From Malacoraja senta (taxonomy: Eukaryota): a stretch of DNA of 64,000 nucleotides. The stretch lies in NCBI GenBank assembly GCA_038087875.1, contig CM075999.1, positions 684,001 to 748,000 on the forward strand, in the 5' to 3' direction. Positions 1 to 12,400 of the stretch are shown here, piece by piece (position 1 is the first letter of the stretch; each line of letters opens with the position of its first letter). A program made the translations under genes and the position numbers. The notes under the pieces were generated by a model. The model did no database searches, had not been told where the DNA came from, and saw only the letters and a program-made list of their open reading frames with translations.

Positions 1-273
1 CAGTGGAAAGAATCATTACAATAGAACAAGTTAACATGGATTGGCCATGTGTGTTCCATGGCATATACTGTTGCATATCTTCTGTCAAAAACACCACAGA
101 TTTGTTTCCAAATTATTTGGTCCCTTTAAAACAAATGCGGTCTACTTTCCAGAATATTTAAGAGAATTATCACGTTGATACAAAAAAAAAGTTAAATTGT
201 AGTTCAATACATTTTACGCCCTCATGACTTCAGTCTTTAAGTTTACCTGAATCAAAAATCTCCACCTTTCCAG

Positions 274-432
274 AAACCACTGTACCGTCTACAACTACAG
301 AAGTAACTACAACAGCTTCAAGCACCACATCAGTTCCCACATCAACGACAATAGAAACAACTACAGGCAGCACAAGTGCATCTACAACAGAAGCTACCAC
401 CACCTTCACGACCACACCACTTATAACCACTG
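274..432 (+). CDS. Repeat exon 1 (159 nt, phase 1-1): (E)TTVPSTTTEVTTTASSTTSVPTSTTIETTTGSTSASTTEATTTFTTTPLITT
   Basis: Acceptor CAG at 271-273 after the pyrimidine tract tctccacctttc; donor GTGAGT at 433-438; open frame throughout. Confidence 0.88.
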
Positions 433-3400
433 GTGAGTCCAGAATGCTACAGTAATGTAAAATAAATTTGTTCCTTACACATCCAGTGAATAAGAATCAT
501 AACAATAGAACAAATTAACATGGATTGGCCATGTGTGTTCCATGGCATATACTGTTGCATAACTTCTGTAAAAAACACCACAGATTTTCTTTCCAAACTC
601 TTTGGTCCATTGAAAACAAATACAGCCTACTGCCCAGAATATTCAAGATAATTATCATGTTGATACAAAAAAAAGCAAAATTGTAGTTCAATACATTTTC
701 TGCCCTAATGACTTCAGTCTTTAAATTTACCTATATCAAAAATCTCCACTTTTCCAGAAACCACTGTACCATCTACAACTACAGAAGTAACTACAACAGC
801 TTCAAGCACCACATCAGTACCCACATTAATGACAATAGAAACAACTACAGGCAGCACAAGTGCATCTACAACAGAAGCTACCACCACCTTCACGATCACA
901 CCACTTACAACCACCGGTGAGTCCAGAATGCTCCCGTAATGCAAAATAAATTAGTTCCTTACACATGCAGTGAATAAGAATCATTACAATAGAACAAGTT
1001 AACATGGATTGGCCATGTGTGCTCCATGGCATATACTGTTGCATATCTTCTGTCAAAAACACCACAGATTTGTTTCCAAATTCTTTAGTCCCTTTAAAAC
1101 AAATGCGATCTACTTTCCAGAATATTTAAGAAAATTATCACGTTGATAGAAAAAAAAAGTTAAATTGTAGTTCAATACATTTTACGCCCTCATGACTTCA
1201 GTCTTTAAGTTTACTTGAATCAAAAATCTCCACCTTTCCAGAAACCACTGTACCGTCTACAACTACAGAAGTAACTACAACAGCTTCAAGCACCACATTA
1301 GTTCCCACATCAACAACAATAGAAACAACTACAGGCAGCACAAGTGCATCTACAACAGAAGCTACCACCACTTTCACGACCACACCACCTACAACCACCG
1401 GTGAGTCCAGAATGCTCCGGTAATGCAAAATAAATTAGTTCCTTACACATGCAGTGATTAAGAATCATTTCAATAGAACAAGTTAACATGGATTGGCCAT
1501 GTGTTCCATGGCATATACTGTTGGCATACCTTCTATCAAAAACACCACAGATAATATTTCCAAATTCTTTTGTCTCTTGAAAACATATGCGGCCAACTAT
1601 CCAGAATATTCCATAAATTATCACGTTGATACCAAAAGATGCAAAATTTCAATTCAATGCATATTCTGCCCTTAAGATTCCAGTATTTAAATTTACCTGA
1701 ACCTAAAATCTCCACATTTCCAGAAACCACTGTACCATTAGAATAAGTTAACATGTAAACGCCATATATATTCCATGACAAATGCTGCTGGCATATCTTC
1801 TGTCAAAAAACGCACACGTGATGTTTCCTAATTCGTTGGTACCTTGAAAACACATGCGGCCTACATCCCAGAATAGTCAAGAACATTACCACGTTGATAC
1901 AAAAAAATCCAAAATTGTAGTTCAATGTATTTTCTCCCCGAAAGACTCCAGTCTTTAAATTTAGTTGAACCTAAAATCTCCACCTTTCCAGAAACTACTG
2001 TACCATCTACAACTACAGAAGTAACTACAACAGCTTCAAGCACCACATCAGTACCCACATCAATGACAATAGAAACAACTACATGCAGCACAAGTGCATC
2101 TACAACAGAAGCTACCACCACCTTCACGACCACACCACTTACAACCACCGGTGAGTCCAGAATGCTCCAGTAATGCAAAATAAATTAGTTCCTTACACAT
2201 GCAGTGAATAAGAATCATTACAATAGAACAAGTTAACATGGATTGGCCATGTGTGTTCCATGGCATATACTGTTGCATATCTTCTGTCAAAAACACCACA
2301 GATTTGTTTCCAAATTCTTTGGTCCCTTTAAAACAAATGCGGTCTACTTTCCAGAATATTTAAGAAAATTATCACGTTGATAGAAAAAAAAAGTTAAATT
2401 GTAGTTCAATACATTTTACGCCCTCATGACTTCAGTCTTTAAGTTTACCTGAATCAAAAATCTCCACCTTTCCAGAAACCACTGTACCGTCTACAACTAC
2501 AGAAGTAACTACAACAGCTTCAAGCACCACATCAGTTCCCACATCAACGACAATAGAAACAACTACAGGCAGCACAAGTGCATCTACAACAGAAGCTACC
2601 ACCACTTTCACGACCACACCACTTACAACCACCGGTGAGTCCAGAATGTTACAGTAATGCAAAATAAATTTGTTCCTTACACATGCAGTGAATAAGAATC
2701 ATTACAATAGGAAAAGTTAACATGGATTGGCCATGTGTGTTCCATGGCATATACTGTTGCATATCTTCTGTCAAAAACACCACAGATTTGTTTCCAAATT
2801 CTTTGGTCCCTTTAAAACAAATGCGGTCTACTTTCCAGAATATTTAAGAGAATTATCACGTTGATACAAAAAAAAAGTTAAATTGTAGTTCAATACATTT
2901 TACGCCCTCATGACTTCAGTCTTTAAGTTTACCTGAATCAAAAATCTCCACCTTTCCAGAAACCACTGTACCGTCTACAACTACAGAAGTAACTACAACA
3001 GCTTCAAGCACCACATCAGTTCCCACATCAACGACAACAGAAACAACTACAGGCAGCACAAGTGCATCTACAACAGAAGCTACCACCACCTTCACGACCA
3101 CACCACTTATAACCACTGGTGAGTCCAGAATGGTACAGTAATGTAAAATAAATTTGTTCCTTACACATCCAGTGAATAAGAATCATAACAATAGAACAAA
3201 TTAACATGGATTGGCCATGTGTGTTCCATGGCATATACTGTTGCATAACTTCTGTCAAAAACACCACAGATTTTCTTTCCAAACTCTTTGGTCCATTGAA
3301 AACAAATACAGCCTACTGCCCAGAATATTCAAGATAATTATCATGTTGATACAAAAAAAAGCAAAATTGTAGTTCAATACATTTTCTGCCCTAATGACTT

Positions 3401-6400
3401 CAGTCTTTAAATTTACCTATATCAAAAATCTCCACCTTTCCAGAAACCACTGTACCGTCTACAACTACAGAAGTAACTACAACAGCTTCAAGCACCACAT
3501 TAGTTCCCACATCAACGACAATAGAAACAACTACAGGCAGCACAAGTGCATCTACAACAGAAGCTACCACCACTTTCACGACCACACCACCTACAACCAC
3601 CGGTGAGTCCATAATGCTCCGGTAATGCAAAATAAATTAGTTCCTTACACATGCAGTGAGTAAGAATCATTTCAATAGAACAAGTTAACATGGATTGGCC
3701 ATGTGTTCCATGGCATATACTGTTGGCATACCTTCTATCAAAAACACCACAGATAATATTTCCAAATTCTTTTGTCCCTTGAAAACATATGCGGCCAACT
3801 ATCCAGTATATTCCACAAATTATCACGTTGATACCAAAAGATGCAAAATTTCAATTCAATGCATATTCTGCCCTTAAGATTCCAGTATTTAAATTTACCT
3901 GAACCTAAAATCTCCACATTTCCAGAAACCACTGTACCATTAGAATAAGTTAACATGTAAACGCCATATATATTCCATGACAAATGCTGCTGGCATATCT
4001 TCTGTCAAAAAACGCACACGTGATGTTTCCTAATTCGTTGGTACCTTGAAAACACATGCGGCCTACATCCCAGAATAGTCAAGAACATTACCACGTTGAT
4101 ACAAAAAAATCCAAATTTGTAGTTCAATGTATATTCTCCCCGAAAGACTCCAGTCTTTAAATTTAGTTGAACCTAAAATCTTCACCTTTCCAGAAACTAC
4201 TGTACCATCTACAACTACAGAAGTAACTACAACAGCTTCAAGCACCACATCAGTACCCACATCAATGACAATAGAAACCACTACAGGCAGCTCAAGTGCA
4301 TCTACAACAGAAGCTACCACCACCTTCACGACCACACCACTTACAACCAACGGTGAGTCCAGAATGCTCCAGTAATGCAAAATAAATTAGTTCCTTACAC
4401 ATGCAGTGAATAAGAATCATTACAATAGAACAAGTTAACATGGATTGGCCATGTGTGTTCCATGGCATATACTGTTCCATATCTTCTGTCAAAAACACCA
4501 CAGATTTGTTTCCAAATTCTTTGGTCCCTTTAACACAAATGCGGTCTACTTTCCAGAATATTTAAGAAAATTATCACGTTCATAGAAAAAAAAAGTTAAA
4601 TTGTAGTTCAATACATTTTACGCCCTCATGACTTCAGTCTTTAAGTTTACCTGAATCAAAAATCTCCACCTTTCCAGAAACCACTGTACCGTCTACAACT
4701 ACAGAAGTAACTACAACAGCTTCAAGCACCACATCAGTTCCCACATCAACGACAATAGAAACAACTACAGGCAGCACAAGTGCATCTACAACAGAAGCTA
4801 CCACCACCTTCACGACCACACCACTTATAACCACTGGTGAGTCCAGAATGCTACAGTAATGTAAAATAAATTTGTTCCTTACACATCCAGTGAATAAGAA
4901 TCATAACAATAGAACAAATTAACATGGATTGGCCATGTGTGTTCCATGGCATATACTGTTGCATAACTTCTGTCAAAAACACCACAGATTTTCTTTCCAA
5001 ACTCTTTGGTCCATTGAAAACAAATACAGCCTACTGCCCAGAATATTCAAGATAATTATCATGTTGATACAAAAAAAAGCAAAATTGTAGTTCAATACAT
5101 TTTCTGCCCTAATGACTTCAGTCTTTAAATTTACCTATATCCAAAATCTCCACCTTTCCAGAAACCACTGTACCATCTACAACTACAGAAGTAACTACAA
5201 CAGCTTCAAGCACCACATTAGTTCCCACATCAACGACAATAGAAACAACTACAGGCAGCACAAGTGCATCTACAACAGAAGCTACCACCACTTTCACGAC
5301 CACACCACCTACAACCACCGGTGAGTCCAGAATGCTCCGGTAATGCAAAATAAATTAGTACCTTACACATGCAGTGAGTAAGAATCATTTCAATAGAACA
5401 AGTTAACATGGATTGGCCATGTGTTCCATGGCATATACTGTTGGCATACCTTCTATCAAAAACACCACAGATAATATTTCCAAATTCTTTTGTCTCTTGA
5501 AAACATATGCGGCCAACTATCCAGAATATTCCACAAATTATCACGTTGATACCAAAAGATGCAAAATTTCAATTCAATGCATATTCTGCCCTTAAGATTC
5601 CAGTATATAAATTTACCTGAACCTAAAATCTCCACATTTCCAGAAACCACTGTACCATTAGAATAAGTTAACATGTAAACGCCATATATATTCCATGACA
5701 AATGCTGCTGGCATATCTTCTGTCAAAAAACGCACACGTGATGTTTCCTAATTCGTTGGTACCTTGAAAACACATGCGGCCTACATCCTAGAATAGTCAA
5801 GAACATTTCCACGTTGATACAAAAAAATCCAAAATTGTAGTTCAATGTATTTTCTCCCCGAAAGACTCCAGTCTTTAAATTTAGTTGAACCTAAAATCTC
5901 CACCTTTCCAGAAACTACTGTACCATCTACAACTACAGAAGTAACTACAACAGCTTCAAGCACCACATCAGTACCCACATCAATGACAATAGAAACAACT
6001 ACAGGCAGCACAAGTGCATCTACAACAGAAGCTACCACCACCTTCACGACCACACCACTTACAACCACCGGTGAGTCCAGAATGCTCCAGTAATGCAAAA
6101 TAAATTAGTTCCTTACACATGCAGTGAATAAGAATCATTACAATAGAACAAGTTAACATGGATTGGCCATGTGTGTTCCATGGCATATACTGTTGCATAT
6201 CTTCTGTCAAAAACACCACAGATTTGTTTCCAAATTCTTTGGTCCCTTTAAAACAAATGCGGTCTACTTTCCAGAATATTTAAGAGAATTATCACGTTGA
6301 TACAAAAAAAAAGTTAAATTGTAGTTCAATACATTTTATGCCCTCATGACTTCAGTCTTTAAGTTTACCTGAATCAAAAATCTCCACCTTTCCAGAAACC

Positions 6401-9400
6401 ACTATACCGTCTACAACTACAGAAGTAACTACAACAGCTTCAAGCACCACATCAGTTCCCACATCAACGACAATAGAAACAACTACAGGCAGCACAAGTG
6501 CATCTACAACAGAAGCTACCACCACCTTCACGACTACACCACTTATAACCACTGGTGAGTCCAGAATGCTACAGTAATGTAAAATAAATTTGTTCCTTAC
6601 ACATCCAGTGAATAAGAATCATAACAATAGAACAAATTAACATGGATTGGCCATGTGTGTTCCATGGCATATACTGTTGCATAACTTCTGTCAAAAACAC
6701 CACAGATTTTCTTTCCAAACTCTTTGGTCCATTGAAAACAAATACAGCCTACTGCCCAGAATATTCAAGATAATTATCATGTTGATACAAAAAAAAGCAA
6801 AATTGTAGTTCAATACATTTTCTGCCCTAATGACTTCAGTCTTTAAATTTACCTATATCAAAAATCTCCACCTTTCCAGAAACCACTGTACCATCTACAA
6901 CTACAGAAGTAACTACAACAGCTTCAAGCACCACATTAGTTCCCACATCAACGACAATAGAAACAACTACAGGCAGCACAAGTGCATCTACAACAGAAGC
7001 TACCACCACTTTCACGACCACACCACCTACAACCACCGGTGAGTCCAGAATGCTCCGGTAATGCAAAATAAATTAGTTCCTTACACATGCAGTGAGTAAG
7101 AATCATTTCAATAGAACAAGTTAACATGGATTGGCCATGTGTTCCATGGCATATACTGTTGGCATACCTTCTATCAAAAACACCACAGATAATATTTCCA
7201 AATTCTTTTGTCCCTTGAAAACATATGCGGCCAACTATCCAGAATATTCCACAAATTATCACGTTGATACCAAAAGATGCAAAATTTCAATTCAATGCAT
7301 ATTCTGCCCTTAAGATTCCAGTATTTAAATTTACCTGAACCTAAAATCTCCACATTTCCAGAAACCACTGTACCATTAGAATAAGTTAACATGTAAACGC
7401 CATATATATTCCATGACAAATGCTGCTGGCATATCTTCTGTCAAAAAACGCACACGTGATGTTTCCTAATTCGTTGGTACCTTGAAAACACATGCGGCCT
7501 ACATCCCAGAATAGTCAAGAACATTACCACGTTGATACAAAAAAATCCAAAATTGTAGTTCAATGTATTTTCTCCCCGAAAGACTCCAGTCTTTAAATTT
7601 AGTTGAACCTAAAATCTCCACCTTTCCAGAAACTACTGTACCATCTACAACTACAGAAGTAACTACAACAGCTTCAAGCACCACATCAGTACCCACATCA
7701 ATGACAATAGAAACAACTACTGGCAGCACAAGTGCATCTACAACAGAAGCTACCACCACCTTCACGACCACACCACTTACAACCACCGGTGAGTCCAGAA
7801 TGCTCCAGTAATGCAAAATAAATTAGTTCCTTACACATGCAGTGAATAAGAATCATTACAATAGAACAAGTTAACATGGATTGGCCATGTGTGTTCCATG
7901 GCATATACTGTTGCATATCTTCTGTCAAAAACACCACAGATTTGTTTCCAAATTCTTTGGTCCCTTTAAAACAAATGCGGTCTACTTTCCAGAATATTTA
8001 AGAAAATTATCACGTTCATAGAAAAAAAAAGTTAAATTGTAGTTCAATACATTTTACGCCCTAATGACTTCAGTCTTTAAATTTACCTATATCCAAAATC
8101 TCCACCTTTCCAGAAACCACTGTACCATCTACAACTACAGAAGTAACTACAACAGCTTCAAGCACCACATCAGTTCCCACATCAACGACAATAGAAACAA
8201 CTACAGGCAGCACAAGTGCATCTACAACAGAAGCTACCACCACTTTCACGACCACACCACCTACAACCACCGGTGAGTCCAGAATGCTCCGGTAATGCAA
8301 AATAAATTAGTTCCTTACACATGCAGTGAGTAAGAATCATTTCAATAGAACAAGTTAACATGGATTGGCCATGTGTTCCATGGCATATACTGTTTGCATA
8401 ACTTCTATCAAAAACACCACAGATAATATTTCCAAATTCTTTTGTCTCTTGAAAACATATGCGGCCAACTATCCAGAATATTCCACAAATTATCACGTTG
8501 ATACCAAAAGATGCAAAATTTCAATTCAATGCATATTCTGCCCTTAAGATTCCAGTATTTAAATTTACCTGAACCTAAAATCTCCACATTTCCAGAAACC
8601 ACTGTACCATTAGAATAAGTTAACATGTAAACGCCATATATATTCCATGACAAATGCTGCTGGCATATCTTCTGTCAAAAAACTCACACGTGATGTTTCC
8701 TAATTCGTTGGTACCATGAAAACACATGCGGCCTACATCCCAGAATAGTCAAGAACATTACCACGTTGATACAAAAAAATCCAAAATTGTAGTTCAATGT
8801 ATTTTCTCCCCGAAAGACTCCAGTCTTTAAATTTAGTTCAACCTAAAATCTCCACCTTTCCAGAAACTACTGTACCATCTACAACTACAGAAGTAACTAC
8901 AACAGCTTCAAGCACCACATCAGTACCCACATCAATGACAATAGAAACAACTACAGGCAGCACAAGTGCATCTACAACAGAAGCTACCACCACCTTCACG
9001 ACCACACCACTTACAACCAACGGTGAGTCCAGAATGCTCCAGTAATGCAAACTAAATTAGTTCCTTACACATGCAGTGAATAAGAATCATTACAATAGAA
9101 CAAGTTAACATGGATTGGCCATGTGTGTTCCATGGCATATACTGTTGCATATCTTCTGTAAAAAACACCACAGATTTGTTTCCAAATTCTTTGGTCCCTT
9201 TAAAACAAATGCGGTCTACTTTCCAGAATATTTAAGAAAATTATCACGTTGATAGAAAAAAAAAGTTAAATTGTAGTTCAATACATTTTACGCCCTCATG
9301 ACTTCAGTCTTTAAGTTTACCTGAATCAAAAATCTCCACCTTTCCAGAAACCACTGTACCGTCTACAACTACAGAAGTAACTACAACAGCTTCAAGCACC

Positions 9401-12400
9401 ACATCAGTTCCCACATCAACGACAATAGAAACAACTACAGGCAGCACAAGTGCATCTACAACAGAAGCTACCACCACTTTCACGACCACACCACTTACAA
9501 CCACCGGTGAGTCCAGAATGTTACAGTAATGCAAAATAAATTTGTTCCTTACACATGCAGTGAATAAGAATCATTACAATAGGAAAAGTTAACATGGATT
9601 GGCCATGTGTGTTCCATGGCATATACTGTTGCATATCTTCTGTCAAAAACACCACAGATTTGTTTCCAAATTCTTTGGTCCCTTTAAAACAAATGCGGTC
9701 TACTTTCCAGAATATTTAAGAGAATTATCACGTTGATACAAAAAAAAAGTTAAATTGTAGTTCAATACATTTTACGCTCTTATGACTTCAGTCTTTAAGT
9801 TTACCTGAATCAAAAATCTCCACCTTTCCAGAAACCACTGTACCGTCTACAACTACAGAAGTAACTACAACAGCTTCAAGCACCACATCAGTTCCCACAT
9901 CAACGACAATAGAAAGAACTACAGGCAGCACAAGTGCATCTACAACAGAAGCTACCACCACCTTCACGACCACACCACTTATAACCACTGGTGAGTCCAG
10001 AATGCTACAGTAATGTAAAATAAATTTGTTCCTTACACATCCAGTGAATAAGAATCATAACAATAGAACAAATTAACATGGATTGGCCATGTGTGTTCCA
10101 TGGCATATACTGTTGCATAACTTCTGTCAAAAACACCACAGATTTTCTTTCCAAACTCTTTGGTCCATTGAAAACAAATACAGCCTACTGCCCAGAATAT
10201 TCAAGATAATTATCATGTTGATACAAAAAAAAGCAAAATTGTAGTTCAATACATTTTCTGCCCTAATGACTTCGGTCTTTAAATTTACCTCTATCAAAAA
10301 TCTCCACCTTTCCAGAAACCACTGTACCATCTACAACTACAGAACTAACTACAACAGCTTCAAGCACCACATTAGTTCCCACATCAACGACAATAGAAAC
10401 AACTACAGGCAGCACAAGTGCATCTACAACAGAAGCTACCACCACTTTCACGACCACACCACCTACAACCACCGGTGAGTCCAGAATGCTCCGGTAATGC
10501 AAAATAAATTAGTTCCTTACACATGCAGTGAGTAAGAATCATTTCAATAGAACAAGTTAACATGGATTGGCCATGTGTTCCATGGCATATACTGTTGGCA
10601 TACCTTCTATCAAAAACACCACAGATAATATTTCCAAATTCTTTTGTCCCTTGAAAACATATGCGGCCAACTATCCAGAATATTCCACAAATTATCACGT
10701 TGATACCAAAAGATGCAAAATTTCAATTCAATGCATATTCTGCCCTTAAGATTCCAGTATTTAAATTTACCTGAACCTAAAATCTCCACATTTCCAGAAA
10801 CCACTGTACCATTAGAATAAGTTAACATGTAAACGCCATATATATTCCATGACAAATGCTGCTGGCATATCTTCTGTCAAAAAACGCACACGTGATGTTT
10901 CCTAATTCGTTGGTACCTTGAAAACACATGCGGCCTACATCCCAGAATAGTCAAGAACATTACCACGTTGATACAAAAAAATCCAAAATTGTAGTTCAAT
11001 GTATTTTCTCCCCGAAAGACTCCAGTCTTTAAATTTAGTTGAACCTAAAATCTCCACCTTTCCAGAAACTACTGTACCATCTACAACTACAGAAGTAACT
11101 ACAACAGCTTCAAGCACCACATCAGTACCCACATCAATGACAATAGAAACAACTACAGGCAGCACAAGTGCATCTACAACAGAAGCTACCACCACCTTCA
11201 CGACCACACCACTTACAACCACCGGTGAGTCCAGAATGCTCCAGTAATGCAAAATAAATTAGTTCCTTACACATGCAGTGAATAAGAATCATTACAATAG
11301 AACAAGTTAACATGGATTGGCCATGTGTGTTCCATGGCATATACTGTTGCATATCTTCTGTCAAAAACACCACAGATTTGTTTCCAAATTCTTTGGTCCC
11401 TTTAAAACAAATGCGGTCTACTTTCCAGAATATTTAAGAAAATTATCACGTTCATAGAAAAAAAAAGTTAAATTGTAGTTCAATACATTTTACGCCCTCA
11501 TGACTTCAGTCTTTAAGTTTACATGAATCTAAAATCTCCACCTTTCCAGAAACCACTGTACCGTCTACAACTACAGAAGTAACTACAACAGCTTCAAGCA
11601 CCACATCAGTTCCCACATCAACGACAATAGAAACAACTACAGGCAGCACAAGTGCATCTACAACAGAAGCTACCACCACTTTCACGACCACACCAATTAC
11701 AACCACCGGTGAGTCCAGAATGTTACAGTAATGCAAAATAAATTTGTTCCTTACACATGCAGTGAATAAGAATCATTACAATAGGAAAAGTTAACATGGA
11801 TTGGCCATGTGTGTTCCATGGCATATACTGTTGCATATCTTCTGTCAAAAACACCACAGATTTTCTTTCCAAACTCTTTGGTCCATTGAAAACAACTACG
11901 GCCTACTGCCCAGAATATTCAAGATAATTATCACGTTGATACAAAAAAAAGCAAAATTGTAGTTCAATACATTTTCTGCCCTAATGACTTCAGTCTTTAA
12001 ATTCACCTGAATCAAAAATCTACACCTTTCCAGAAACCACTGTACCATCTACAACTACAGAAGTAACTACAACAGCTTCAAGCACCACATTAGTTCCCAC
12101 ATCAACAACAATAGAAACAACTACAGGCAGCACAAGTGCATCTACAACAGAAGCTACCACCACTTTCACGACCACACCACCTACAACCACCGGTGAGTCC
12201 AGAATGCTCCGGTAATGCAAAATAAATTAGTTCCTTACACATGCAGTGAGTAAGAATCATTTCAATAGAACAAGTTAACATGGATTGGCCATGTGTTCCA
12301 TGGCATATACTGTTGGCATACCTTCTATCAAAAACACCACAGATAATATTTCCAAATTCTTTTGTCTCTTGAAAACATATGCGGCCAACTATCCAGAATA

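Noticed and set aside
226..273. Upstream alternative acceptor (gacttcAG or ctccAG, 40 nt before the main AG)
   Set aside because: Its use would shift the frame (+40 nt), and the AG is mutated or deleted in several units (ttcggt at about 10271, ctctgt at about 38041 and about 43195, deletion at about 17890), unlike the main acceptor.
518..546. Overlapping short inverted repeats ACATGG-attgg-CCATGT and GCCATG-tgtgttc-CATGGC, plus an ATTGG (reverse CCAAT) box, in each intron
   Set aside because: The stems are only 6 bp, are disrupted in many units (acacgg, atatgg, ccaagg) without compensatory changes, are degenerate in stubs and are absent from the 122-nt intron.
1310..1781. Intron-derived ORFs (MAMCSMAY..., MSWNIYG..., MVFLTEDM..., and Cys-rich GGSFCCRCTCAACSC in an alternative antisense frame)
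   Set aside because: They recur only because the DNA is repeated, are frequently broken by stops and frameshifts between copies, and match no domain I recognise.
1925..2173. Plus-strand single-exon ORFs such as MYFLPERLQSLNLVEPKISTFPETT...GESRMLQ treated as independent small genes
   Set aside because: The start codon is present in only some units, the N-terminal part is acceptor-side intron sequence with frame-breaking indels in some copies (about 17890), and there is no signal peptide. They are exons plus flanking read-through.
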